In this document: positions 25,096-36,727 of the stretch, piece by piece
How the letters are laid out: each line of letters starts with the position of its first letter
Position numbering within the stretch: position 1 is the stretch's first letter
NCBI RefSeq assembly: GCF_021028975.2
Contig: NC_059438.1
Span: 4,960,001 to 5,024,000, forward strand
Direction: 5' to 3'
DNA length: 64,000 bases
Source of the DNA: Sphaerodactylus townsendi
Taxonomy: Eukaryota
Position numbers and translations under genes: made by a program
The notes under the pieces: model-generated
The model's input: only the letters and a program-made list of their open reading frames with translations
Told to the model about the DNA's origin: nothing
The model's database searches: none

Positions 25096-25410
25096 GAAGA
25101 AGAGAAGAGTTGGCTTTTATACCCTACCTTTCTCTCAAGGAGTCTCAAAGTGGCTTACAATCGTCTTTCCTTCCTCTCCTCACAGATCTTTTTTTGCTTA
25201 ATTGAAGTGGTAGGTGGAGACGAGAGGAGTTCTGAGAGAAGAACTGTGACTTAAGGCCCAAGGTCACTTGGCTTAGAGGCTTCATGTGTGGAAGTGGGGA
25301 AAACAAATCTGGTTCGCCAGATTAGAGTCTGCTACATGCGTGGAGGAGCAGAGAATAAAATCTGGTTTCCTGGTTAGAGTCCACTGCTTTTAACCACAAC
25401 AACAGGCTGG
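25096..25410 (-). mobile_element. tRNA-headed MIR/CORE-like SINE (Squam3-like)
   Basis: Reverse complement shows an A-box-like tgtggttaa head, duplicated B-box-like units, a cctcac..gg..tgttgtg core and a (TTC)n tail, shared with many copies in the window. Confidence 0.75.
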
Positions 25411-26099
25411 TTAAGAAGACACTTGGATCATGGCAAACAGTGGCAAGGAGATCAAATATGCTTGGGTGTTCACAAAGAACTGGGGTGTGATATTAGCCAT
25501 CAAGACTGTCTCTGGGCACCAGTTGGGTTCTGCTGAAGGCCTATTTGACCAAGAAAGTAGGAACAAACTGTCCCATAACCTGCAATCAACATCTCAGAGG
25601 CTGCTTCTCCACAACCCGTCTCCCTTGCCATGTCTGGAGAAGGAAGGAAGGTGGCATTGGCCCCTGGGGGTAGGGGCCCACAGTTGACTGACAACCAGCT
25701 GATGCCAGTCAATCAGTAGGCTCCCTTCAATAGATGCTCCATAAGTTTTGGGGTATGCTTGGAAAGGCAAAGTAACCCTGGAGCCCCCCTGCCCTTTTAA
25801 TAGGAAAGAGAAAGAGAAGTGAGAAAGAGAAGGGGACCAGCTCCAATCCAGTCTCCTTGACTCAGCACTGAACTTGCCGCCCCCAAATATGTCAGGCCCA
25901 ACAGGAAAAGAGAACTCCTGTCCTTCTGTTCATTTCCCAGCAGGCAGTGCTTCTCTTTGTGCTTTAGTTTGACTGTCGCTTAGGAGAGGAGGACCAAGCA
26001 AGAATACCCAAAACCCAAAACAGATGTTGCTAAAAATGGAGAAGGAGGCGCCAACAACCTACCCAACACTGGCCGAGCTGGTCCTTTCAGCCACACACC

Positions 26100-29000
26100 G
26101 GCTGATGCCAGATGGAGGAAACCGTCTGCATTTTCCTCCCCGGGAGAATCCGCACAAATCTACTGGGAAGCTCTATTCGGTCGTCCCTATTGATTCCCCA
26201 TTTCTTCCCTATTCCCGCCGCCACTGGGGTTCTTAAAACCCGCCCGAAAGCCCTGCACCTCGCTGCAAATTCGGCCTGCCTTCTCCCCTGAATGCGCTTT
26301 TACGCACGGGCAACTTTCCATGTTTAGGGAAGCCGCCTCTGACTCTGGAGGGGCAAAGAAGACCGGCGACATCCGCTTCCTGCTGCCCTTTCCTGTGTGC
26401 CGGGGCAACCAGGTGATCCTTTGCCTCTTGCTCGAAAGGCCTGATTAAAGGATCGCAGCATCGGTCCCCTCAGGTGCTTCTTCTCCAAAAAGTTCTCCGG
26501 CGCCTGGCTCCTTCGCGCACCTGCCGTGCCAAAGGACCCGACGACCGAGTTGCCCCGGAATATCCTTGCCCTCTCCACCCGAGTCCGCGCGGGGCGGTTC
26601 GCGCTGCTGAGGAATAGCGATCCTATGTCTGCTTAGCTGGGAAATAGGGCTATCGATTGAACTCGGGGTTGCTTTCCAGTAAGCATCCCTACTAAGCGAG
26701 CACGGGGAATCCTTCGCGCCCTGTGGCTCTCCGCTCCATCTACATACCCGTTGCTAACAGGTAATCTCCACCCTACCGGAGCATCTGCTCGCAGGATCTT
26801 CATGCGCTTTTCAGTACTTATTTTTAGGGGTGGTTTGAGGACTCGTGTAACTCTGGGAGAATTGCTGCCAAGTAAATGCGTGTAGGGTTGCAGCAGCTGG
26901 AGCGCGTTTGACTCCAGCCGGAGCGCACAGAACTCCACAGCCGACCCAAAGGCAGTTCTCTTCCTTCGTTGTCGGCTGCTGTTAGGTTCCCTGGCTGGAA
27001 AACACGTGCAGCAGTTTTAAGCTCTCTGCTTAATCGCGCTTGAAGCCTGTCACACTTTCGAGTGTTATAGGGAAAGCAATACCACGCCTGCCTCTTTCTC
27101 GGGGTTCGACGCCCAGGGTCTGGCCAAAGACCAGCACCATCATCAGTGGGCCCACCAGGGGGTCTACTCAGAATCCCACTTAATGTGTTCAAGGGCGGGG
27201 TTGGCTAGTCCCAGGAATTGCATTTAAATCAGGTGCACCGCGCGGCTGGTGAGATGATCGCGAATGAAACGTGCATCGCGACCCGCGCACCCCTGATGGC
27301 ATTTTAGGGCTATGAAATGTGGGGGGTTCTTTGTCCGGAAGGCACATCGCCCCAAGCCTATGAGCAAAATCTCTTTTACTCTACGCAAATTTGTGTATGC
27401 AATTCCTAGCGAAGTAACCATGAAACACAAAACCTCCCGCTGCCTCCTCTTTCCTACGCATGCACACAACACTAAGGGATTACCCTGATCCCACATGCCT
27501 GTGCGTCTTCCGCGAGAAGGCAAGGCTCTCCCTGTTTAGGGACACTTCGTTGGGACTTGCTTAGTGTAAGGTACGCGGAGTTTTACAAGTTGGCTGAACC
27601 CGCGGGAGGGGAGCGCTCCGTTTGGTGCGCGCAGTGAGTTCGAACGGGGGATGCCGCGCAGCCTGATTTTAACCCCGTTCGAGCTCACTGCGCGCACCAA
27701 ACGGAGCGCTCCCCTCCCGCGGGTTCAGCCAACATTTTCCCCAAGTCCAAGTGCGTAAAACGCGCTTTCCGCGGAAGAGAGCCGGCTCTCCCCTCTCGGC
27801 TGCGCTCCCCTCCGTTGGGGCGGCATCGGGGCCCTCCAAAACGCTGCCAGTCAAGGTCCGGCGGAGCTCGCGGAGCCTGACTTCCGAGGAAGCGCGATGA
27901 AGGCGCGAGCAGCGAGAATCCCAACTCCGAGGAGCGAGTGCGTCAAAGTTTACTTTGGAGAGCAAGTCGGGAGAACGTATTACAAACTGGCCAGTTTCCT
28001 CCAAGCGCCTTTCTCGGGCGTGTTTGTGTGTGTGTGTTTGTGTTGTTGACCTCGGGAAACGGCCCAACTCGTGGTTTCTCCTCCCAACCCCAGAAGGAAA
28101 AGCCCGGGGAGCGATCCTGGCCAGTTCTCCCTCGCGGTGGGACGTCTGCAAGCCGCTGTGGGGACCGTATTGTTATAGCCCAAGAAGTCCGTGCCGTGCC
28201 TGGGTTGGCAATGGGGTAGCCTGGGGATCCTCCTTTCCTCGATGCTGGAAGAGTTGGACTAGAGGGCAGCTTTGGTTTATTGCCTCCCTGACCGAGAACC
28301 GGGATTATTAAAGGTGGGGAAGAGGGGTGGCATGAAGTTTATGGCATACTTAGGGGACAGAAGGTCAAACTTCCTTAAAGCACGATCCTTAAAATGCTTG
28401 CGCCCGTGCTACGGAAATGTGGCCGCGATCCAGCTTTGGAGCGGCCCGCGGGGAAAGGGGGAGAACTGCCTCTGCGGCGGTTCCACTGGGAGCAAATGAA
28501 CCGGCTTCGATTCGGAGCGGGTCACTGTCGAGAGACCTTCCTCTCCTGCGGTTCCTCCGGATTCAGCAAGCGCCACGAGGAAAACTTCGCAACTTTAGGG
28601 CAGCGGACACTTTCCTGGTTGGCCCTCCAGAGCCACGACGGGATTCCTTCCGGATCTTGCCGCAGTACCGTTGCCCCCTCCCTCCCTGGGCATAGATTTC
28701 CAACAGCCCCTACAACCACGCACCGCCTGGACCTCTTCCAATGCAACCCCATGTTGAAATATTCAGTTGCTTGCCACGGGCTTAGACTGGGCTAATGGAA
28801 CATAGGATCGCGCGACTGGGTTGCGCTTCAGGTCCGGTGGAAAGGTTTTCGCTCGTCCCTGGGATGCAGATTGCAGCACCTGTCGGCGTCCCAGCCCTCA
28901 CCTGCTCCCTGGCCTGCTTACTTGGGAGTCACTCCCCTTGTCACCAAAAGGATTCGCTCCCCAGGAAACGCGTCTCGGCGGAACGCAGAAAGCTTCCCAC

Positions 29001-31400
29001 AGGTCCGCCAGGACGCAGCGCAAAGGCAAGCGAATCAGTAACCGGGTTTGGCCGCGGGCAAAGCGGCCCCGAAGGCCCCGATCTCCGAAGCCAGACGCCC
29101 CGCAGCTTGGTCGGGTCTCCAGGAGGCTCTGGAGCGACCCAGCCCGCAAGGAAGCGCCATTCATTCCTCGTGCTTCCGGATTTTTCTCGTGGAAACCAAT
29201 CCGGACCAGGAGCAGCAGTTTACGCCTAAGCGAATAAAATCGCATCGACCGGCTTACGGGGCCGGGCTGCCGACGGCGAGGCGCTGCTGTTTGGACCGAA
29301 CCAGGCCCCGAATGTGAAACCCCCGCCCTTAACGCACTGGCTTCGTTCTTGCCCCGTTTGGAGATAGGATGATTTCGTCCGGTGCGGATGAAAATCAAGG
29401 TGTACCAGGTGGGCCTAGGTGGGAAACGATGCCCTTTTGGCGAGTTCCTACGCGGGTGGACTTGGAAGTTAAATCGCACTGACTTGGAAGTTAAATCCCA
29501 CATTGTGTTCAAGAGATCTGCGTGGAGTCACTTCGATCTAAGCCAGGTTCCAGTTGGAGCGACTCTGCATAGAATGGGAATGGGAGTTCAACCCTAAGAA
29601 CACTTTCCTAGGAGTAAGCCCCATTGTAGACCTGAACAGCATTCTGAGTTGACCTGCGGAGGATTGTGGTAGAAGGGGCAGGTAGCCAGGTGGGGCTTGA
29701 GCGAGTCCCACTGTACCCGCTGCTGCTTGGGCCCCTGACCTTTAAACACAACACATACCAAAACAGGCCAGGGACATTGGGGTCTGGGCTATTTGCAAGC
29801 ATCTTTGAAAACTTAAGAGCCAAACAGCGAGAGGAGAGTGTCTCCAAATAAAAATCTTTCACTCGGCTTTTAGGGGACGGATGTCCAAGTGCTGCCGTTC
29901 GTCTGAATGCAGGGTCATCTTTCCAAGGCGCAGAGGTTCAAATCTCTTTTTCCGCCCCGCCCCGCCGCGGTCCTCCCTCCCTGTGTGGTCCTGCCACCCG
30001 AGCAGCTGATCCTGATCCGCGCGTCCTTGACTCGTTCCAGCCGGGAAGGAAGCCAGCCCCCCCTCCCAACCAGGCGCAGTTACTAGATGCTGCAAGCAGG
30101 AGGGCAAAAGAGATATGGGGGGGAGGGGGGGTTACATAGGATTTCGGGCCAAGGGGCAAAGGGATGCTATGGAGCCTCGAGGGCGTTGAAGAAGAGCTGT
30201 GGAAAGGGATGAAAGGCAGACTTTGGAAGGACCAACTTTATAAGACTGTGGCCAAATTATGCCTGAAATTTACAACAGTTTTGCAGGGCGGTGACGAATA
30301 ACAAGATCAGATTTTGGAAGGGGGGTGTCGTAAAGCCAAGCAAAGAGAGGTTTTAAAAACAAATAGCCGCCACCCACACCCACAAACACCGCCTTGACAA
30401 AAAGTTGCGGAAGAAGATACCCTGCAGGATCTGGTGGTTGTGGGAAGCAGGGAAAGTTTTCTTCAAACCCCCTTCCTCCTTCCCTCGCACTGTTCAAGAG
30501 GAACAGAAATTCTGTCGGCGGGTGAGGCGGAGGCGGGCCCGATCCAAAGCTCCCACTTACTCGGAAGTAAGCGCCGCCGCATTCAGGACTGCATCCTTCA
30601 GCCACGTGCGCCCGAGCGCAGATGGCACTAGAAAGAACTTGGCAATGCCGAGAAATCTGAGGGGAGGGGGGAAGAGAGAGCGACCGGAAAAGGGGGTACG
30701 GAGGGGGCAGGGTGGCCACGATCCCTTCACCCTCTGCTGCTTTCGGCTTCCTTTCGAACACAGAGAGCTCAGGGAACCCGGCAGGAAGAGTTGGAGACGC
30801 TTCTGAACCAAACGCCCGAGGGGCGCACAGGTGGGGGACAGCTTTAGAGGCTTCTCCAAGCAGTTCTGTGAAGGGGGTGGGAGGCGACACACTATCCTCC
30901 TCGAAAGGACACTTGTAGACCCCACCACCAAGCCGGCTGGCCTTCAGAGCGTCGCCCTTTTCCTCTCCGGAGCAGACCAGCCCCATCCCCGGCCAGGGAT
31001 CCTCCTGCTTTGGGAAGGGAGAGCAAGGAAATGCTGGCTTGTTGTGAAGGGCCCGCGGCTGGAAGGCAGGGCTTCCCTCTCGGTTGCCAGAAGCGTCAAA
31101 GAGTCTTTGCAAACTTTGCCCCGCTCTCCGGCTCCGAGTGGTTATTTTCCAAGGCCGGTTTGGCAACACGTGCGCCGGTTTGCGCCCTCCCTCCTTCCCT
31201 CCCTCCCGGCTCGGGTTGCCAAGAAGGCGCACAGCTCGGCCTGCTGCGAACCTCGGGCAGTTTCAGTCTCCACGGCGGGCTGGGATCCTCACAAAACCAG
31301 AAGGAAGTTATGGCCTGCACACACACACACACTCTTATATCCTCTTTGCTTCTGGGGAGTGCGAGCGCCCTTTTGCAAATGCAGGGGTGCTTTTTTCCAA
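26100..31400. promoter_or_regulatory. Second, intronic CpG island inside the MAF long-isoform intron
   Basis: About 5 kb of sustained CpG richness with no credible ORF and few interspersed repeats. Confidence 0.75.
27589..27733. repeat. 61-bp near-perfect inverted repeat with a 23-nt spacer
   Basis: Arms 27589-27649 and 27673-27733 are reverse complements except for one position. Confidence 0.95.
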
Positions 31401-33279
31401 GAAAGGCAACGGAGCCAAAGTCTGGTTTCACGCTTATGGGGAGGGTCAGACGTTTGGTCCTTTGTGTGGGCTGTTCATGGTGGAGGGGTGGATATATTGA
31501 AGGGTGGCCCCACTTCAGCCAGAGGCCCAGGGCCGCTTTGCAGAGAGGTCTAAACATTTCAGGCAGGGCAGTGGAAAAGCCCTACTATCTTTATAAGGGC
31601 AGATCATTCCTCTGATCGGCCAATGGCAGGCAGTTTACCTTCCGATTACACATTAACCTTCCCAGAGAGTTGCAGTGATGCACTCTGCAATTCCCTTGGC
31701 AGGGATCAGAATAAGGTCAAGTGCTAAAGGATGACAGGGGTGAGGGTGTCAGGATTAAGAAGAGGCTGGGTTGACTTGGCCTTTGGCAGAGCGAGGAAGC
31801 CACTGGAACCGGGTGCCCTTTGAGGTGCCCCTTCCCCTTTGCCCAGCATGAGTTTCACAGCTCCATGCCAGAAACCCGGAAAAGAATAGCGGGGTTAGGG
31901 GACAGGAATGGTCCTAGGCCTGCACAGATTCACTGGCTTTTTGTTATATAACTCTCAGCAGATACAGATCTGCAATCTACAGGACTGCTGAGAGGAAAGG
32001 TAATCAACTGTACCTTAGGGCAAAGCTAGGCCCCACAAGTTTGTTAAGAGTCTGATGACCTTTGCACGTGGCTCAGCAGGGGTTGAACAGCAGTATCTTG
32101 TAAATTTTTACAGGCCAAATCTTGCCTGTAAATGAAAAACATGGCCCAGGTCCCAGCAATTTCTGTGGCAGAGTCCTGTCCCCCCTCCCCACTTGCTTTC
32201 TGTGCCTCCTCCACAACAGTCCAGCTTTTACCCAGTTACTAAGATCACTCAGTTGGGGAAGCTACATGGGGTGGGGGGGGAGGGATCACCCAGTTGATGC
32301 CATAGCTAGAGTACAAGAACAGCACTGCGTGGACTTTAAAGGCAGAAAATCTTTTGGGGAAGGCAGAAAGAGTGTTTGCTCTTTCTACCCACCTCAAAAA
32401 CAAAGCACTGCGGATTTTGTTTCCGGGAAAAGTTGTCCAAGTCCTTAGATTCTTGTCTCCTCTCTTGTGAAGGTTTGTGGAATGATTGGGGCTAGCGGTG
32501 ACTTTTTTTTTTAAATGACTTTCCTGAACAGGACAGAAAAAAAGGATCCACTAAAATTCAAGGAGCATTGGAGGGCTGAGCTACTGCAATAGGATGGTTG
32601 ACTTTCTTCCCTTTGAAAGGGCTGTTGCCACCCCCATGTCACAAGCTGCTTTTGAAACAGAGGTTTCAACAGCAGCTGTCCATTTGCCCTGGGATGCAGG
32701 CGACCAACTGAGGGCCAGGAGGCTAAAGCATCCCTCTGCATACTTTGTGGAACATATTTCACAGCTCGGCCACAATTGTCTGCCTCTCACCATGGCAGGA
32801 AGTGTATTTCCATCCCCAGAAATCTGCTGCAGGCCTATCTTTTACCACTGGCTGGTGTGTTCTGCCCAGTTATGTAAAGTTTAATTCTGTCATAAAACTA
32901 TCCGACCACAGAGTTTTGAAAGCAAAACTCATCACTGAGGTCAGCAGCTTCAAAATACAAGCGAAGGGCATGACTCACAAGCAAGTCGTCAGGCCTTCCA
33001 AAATGATTTGGAAACTCAAAAAAAAAAAGAAGTTAAGCCAAGACCTGAAAGTGTATATTTTCCACTTACCTGTGGGATAAATGTGGAAAGGTGGATAGCA
33101 ATTTTCAACCTTGTATGTAGGGGATCTAAAACAGCCTATAGCTTCTACTTTATCCATACACATATCATGCCATTATACCGCCCCCTTTCAATGCCCAACT
33201 AGATACTCTTCTTAAATAGCATAAATACCATTCCTAAATTTAGTGTGCTTGACTTTTTCGTAAACTACAAACTAACAAA

Positions 33280-35626
33280 ACAGTACGGAATCAAAAAATG
33301 AAGTTTATTATAGTAGATTATTCTTTCTTTTTTGATATAACCATAGAGTTGAAAAAAGTGAAAGGAAAACACATAGGGAACATCACACATAGTTAGTAAC
33401 TTAAAATATGAAACAAATTTTGCACAGCAAAATATGTAAAAGGAAAAAAGTAACTGACAAGATTTTTTTATATTTATTGTGGCAAGGTTTTTACTTTCCA
33501 TTTTTTTAAAAAGACAGGATTATCAGTCCCTGAAAATGAACTTTACTGGTTAATGCCTTTAAACCTTTGTGAATTTTGTGAAGTTACAGAAAATCCAGTT
33601 CTGCACCACAATACAACTGTAAAAAAATCTGCATCATTTAAAAAACCGAGCAGTAATGCCTTCTTTTGCAACTGCATAATGGTGTTAGCATCTGAGTCAG
33701 GGTTGTAATGGTTTATCTCTTTTTATGCTTTCAGGTTATATCATAGTGCAATTCAATCCCAAATAGTTCAATTTCCCCAAAAAAACCCAGCACCCCCAAA
33801 CCCAACCATACATGTTGAACACAAAATACCCCTATTAATATAAACAAGGGGGGCTCCCCTTTTTTAATACTTTGGTTTCCAAATACAGTCAGTGGTATAG
33901 CAAGGACTACATATACCCAACTTGTTTTAAAGTTGTAATCACATGCTGCAATAAGCTACTTTAAAAAAAAAACCAGTCCCATTGTAATTCTAACCCCTTT
34001 TAACATCACAACAGTGAACAATTTAGTGCATAATTTTTTTTAAAAAAAGACCTACATCTAGACAGACCTAACTCTTCTGAATTAATCTATAACATTCCTT
34101 TATCTGTAGCATACATTTGAACTGGGCTAACAGACAATAAAAACTCGAATTAAATTATATTGTAGGAACCCATAGCATTCCACATTGGACAATGACCAAA
34201 TGCAAAAGGAAAACTTAAAAAATAGACAGAAATGAGGTTGATCATTCCAAAATAAAATTTAGACTGCTTTAAGCGCAACAGTATGGAGTTCAAATTCCAT
34301 AAATTGGAAGGCGATCTCACTCTTTATTTTTTGACCAGTTCCCCCCCCCCCCAAGAAACGTCTTCCCAAAGTTCTTTTTTTGACTCATTAACATGATCAC
34401 AATCGATTGTGGCTTCCTTTTTTTCAGGGATTGTTTCTTTCTTTCTTTTAAAAGATGGGCGTTTCAGTGCATTTTTTAAAAAAAGAAGTCTGAAGTTTGC
34501 AGCAACTCAAAGCAGTTTTCCAGAGCAGATGCACCCTTGGATGGGGAGGAGGAAGAAACAAAATAATGGAAGTTGGCACTTTTTTGATTGCAGTTCAAAA
34601 AAGTGGCGAGGAGGCGAGATAACTAAAGAGGAAAACATGTCATGCCATCATAGTCTTCAAAGTCCATATCCAAGCAAAAGGAAAAAAAATATACCATACA
34701 TGTCCAGCATGCAAGGCGGTTTTTTAATCAATATAATGTCTCTTTTCTCTCTCTCTCTCTCTCTCCCCCCCACACAGTCTTTTCTTTGAAAGAGTTCTAT
34801 AGTTAATAACCAAGCAGCAAGCATAATGCATGAGATGAGGATGGTATTCTAATGGCAGGCAAAAAAGAACAAAATAAGTTTTCACCGTTTGGCAGCTTAA
34901 AAGCCAAAAGTCACGTCATGAACACCTGGGAAGGCTGGATGAGAGCTTCTTTTGGCAGGTTGATCTAGATATATTTCTCTAGGTTTAGCACAACAGCAGA
35001 CGGGGCTGGGAAAGCTGAGGTCTAAAACTTGCATAAACTTTTTTTCCGCGTCTGTTTCTTTTTGTGTGTGCGTGTCTCTGCATCTTTTTTGTTTTTGCAA
35101 AGTTCAAAACCCATACGAAGAACTCAGCGTGGCAGAAAAAAAGTTTTTTTTTTGGGGGGGGGCACACACCGCAAACTCAAAAGCAAAGAGGGGATTGGGG
35201 GGTTGGCGTTAACGCGGGCGACAGCTTTCAAAGGCCAGCTTCCTCTGCAGAACCGAGTCCATGGTGGGAAACTGGGGTGTGTGTTTTTTTTAAAATGCAC
35301 ACAGTTAAAAGCCCCCTCCCCAAACACACACACAAAAGAAAGTAGGCAGGCTGTCACCAAGTCCAACTTTTTGCAAACAAAACACCCTCCAAGTGGACGT
35401 CTGTTGTTTTTTTTAAAAGCAATCTAAAAAAACCGAGGCGACCGGGACGGGGGCGTTGGAGCCAGCCCCCCCTCCCAGCGCAAAAGTTACTCGCCCGGAG
35501 GAAACTTTTTGCGGCGCTTGTGTGCAGGGTGCCCAGGTGCTGTTTAGTGGCGGTGCGGTTTTTTTTGGGGGGGGGGGTCTCGGAGGGGGGAGAGAGAGTC
35601 GTGGGGTGGGGTCGTGGGGGGGCAAC
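33280..35626 (-). other. MAF: MAF short-isoform 3' UTR, AT-rich, with candidate polyA signals
   Basis: No interspersed repeats recognised; AT-rich. Minus-strand AATAAA at 34328->34323, 33478->33473 and 33309->33304. The true 3' end is not determined and may lie further downstream. Confidence 0.65.
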
Positions 35627-35632
35627 TCACAT
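35625..35632 (-). other. MAF: 5' splice donor AT|GTGAGT overlapping the short-isoform Met-stop (ATG TGA)
   Basis: Minus strand TTC ATG TGA GT; a consensus GTGAGT donor starts at 35630. Confidence 0.9.
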
Positions 35633-36092
35633 GAAAAACTCCGGCGAGGAGGGCTCGTCGCTGCTGGCGCCGTTTTCTCGGAAGCCGTTGCTGACCAGCT
35701 TCTCGTACTTCTCCTTGTAGGCGTCCCTCTCCCGGACCAGCCTGGAGATCTCCTGCTTGAGGTGCTCGACCTGCTGCAGCAGCTGGGTCTTCTCGGACTC
35801 GAGGACGTGCCGCTGCTGGACGCGCTTGAAGCGGCACGACTGGGCGTAGCCGCGGTTCTTGAGGGTGCGCCGCTTCTGCTTGAGCCGGATCACCTCCTCC
35901 TTGCTGACGCCGCGCAGCTGCCGGTTGAGCTCGCGCACCGACATGGTCACCAGCTGGTCGTCCGAGAAGCGGTCGTCGTAGGGCGAGCCGTGGTGCGGGT
36001 GCGAATGGTGCGCGTGCAGCCCGCCGCCGCCGCCGCCGCCGCCGCTGGAGCTGCCCCCGTTGCTGCTGCCGGCCGAGCTCTGCACGCTGCCC

Positions 36093-36128
<36 letters not shown>

Positions 36129-36727
36129 GGGTGGTGGTGCGGGTGGTGCGGGTGGAAGTGGGGCGCCCCTGCGCCGCCGCCGCTCTGCGCCGCCGCCGCC
36201 GCGATCACGGCCGACACCACGGCCGCCGCCGAGCCCATGTCGTCCGGGCCCATGGAGGCGGCCGGGCCGGCGCCCAGGGGCTGCCCGCGGGCATAGCCCT
36301 CGAAGCCGGTGCCCTGCAGCGGGTGGTGGTGGTGGCCGCTGCTGATGAGCGCCTCCACGGCGTCCTCGGGGCTGAAGGCGAGCGCCTCCGGGTTGAGCTG
36401 CTGCTGCGGCTGCGGGTAGCCGGTCATCCAGTAGTAGTCTTCCAAGGGGCCCTTCTGGTCGCCGCCCGAGCCCGGGCTGGGCGCCGAGAAGCTGGGCGAC
36501 GGCGGCACCGAGCTGCAGGGCGTGCTCATCGGCGTGGACGACAGCGAGCCGCCGGCGATGAGGCGGCCGCACTGGCTGATGAGGCGCTCGCTCTCGCCGG
36601 GCTCCTTTTTCACCTCGAACTTCATCAGATCGAAGTCATTAACATATTCCATGGCCAGCGGACTGGTGGGCAGGTCGCCCCCGCCGCCCAGCGCCAGATC
36701 CGACGCCGCCGCCGCCGCCGTCGCCAT
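35627..36727 (-). CDS. MAF: Transcription factor c-Maf (large Maf bZIP), intronless short isoform, 366 aa
   Basis: The protein has the large-Maf N-terminus [25 protein letters not shown] and the c-Maf-type segments [31 protein letters not shown] and [12 protein letters not shown]. It also has the extended homology region ([21 protein letters not shown]), basic region [17 protein letters not shown], a leucine zipper and the C-terminus SSPEFFM. The ATG is at 36727 (ggcaagaggATGg); the ORF-track start at 36955 is a TTG. Confidence 0.97.

Noticed and set aside
26300-31615. Many 100-320 aa ORFs in the intronic CpG island
   Set aside because: They overlap on both strands, show no domain similarity, and are explained by high GC content.
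35544-36572. 342-aa alternative-frame ORF overlapping MAF on the same strand
   Set aside because: GTG start and no ATG anywhere in the frame; the Arg/Ala/Pro-rich composition is typical of GC-rich off-frames.
35627-36727. Assignment as MAFB, MAFA or NRL
   Set aside because: [45 protein letters not shown] and the EFFM/YPRESS ends are c-Maf-type.
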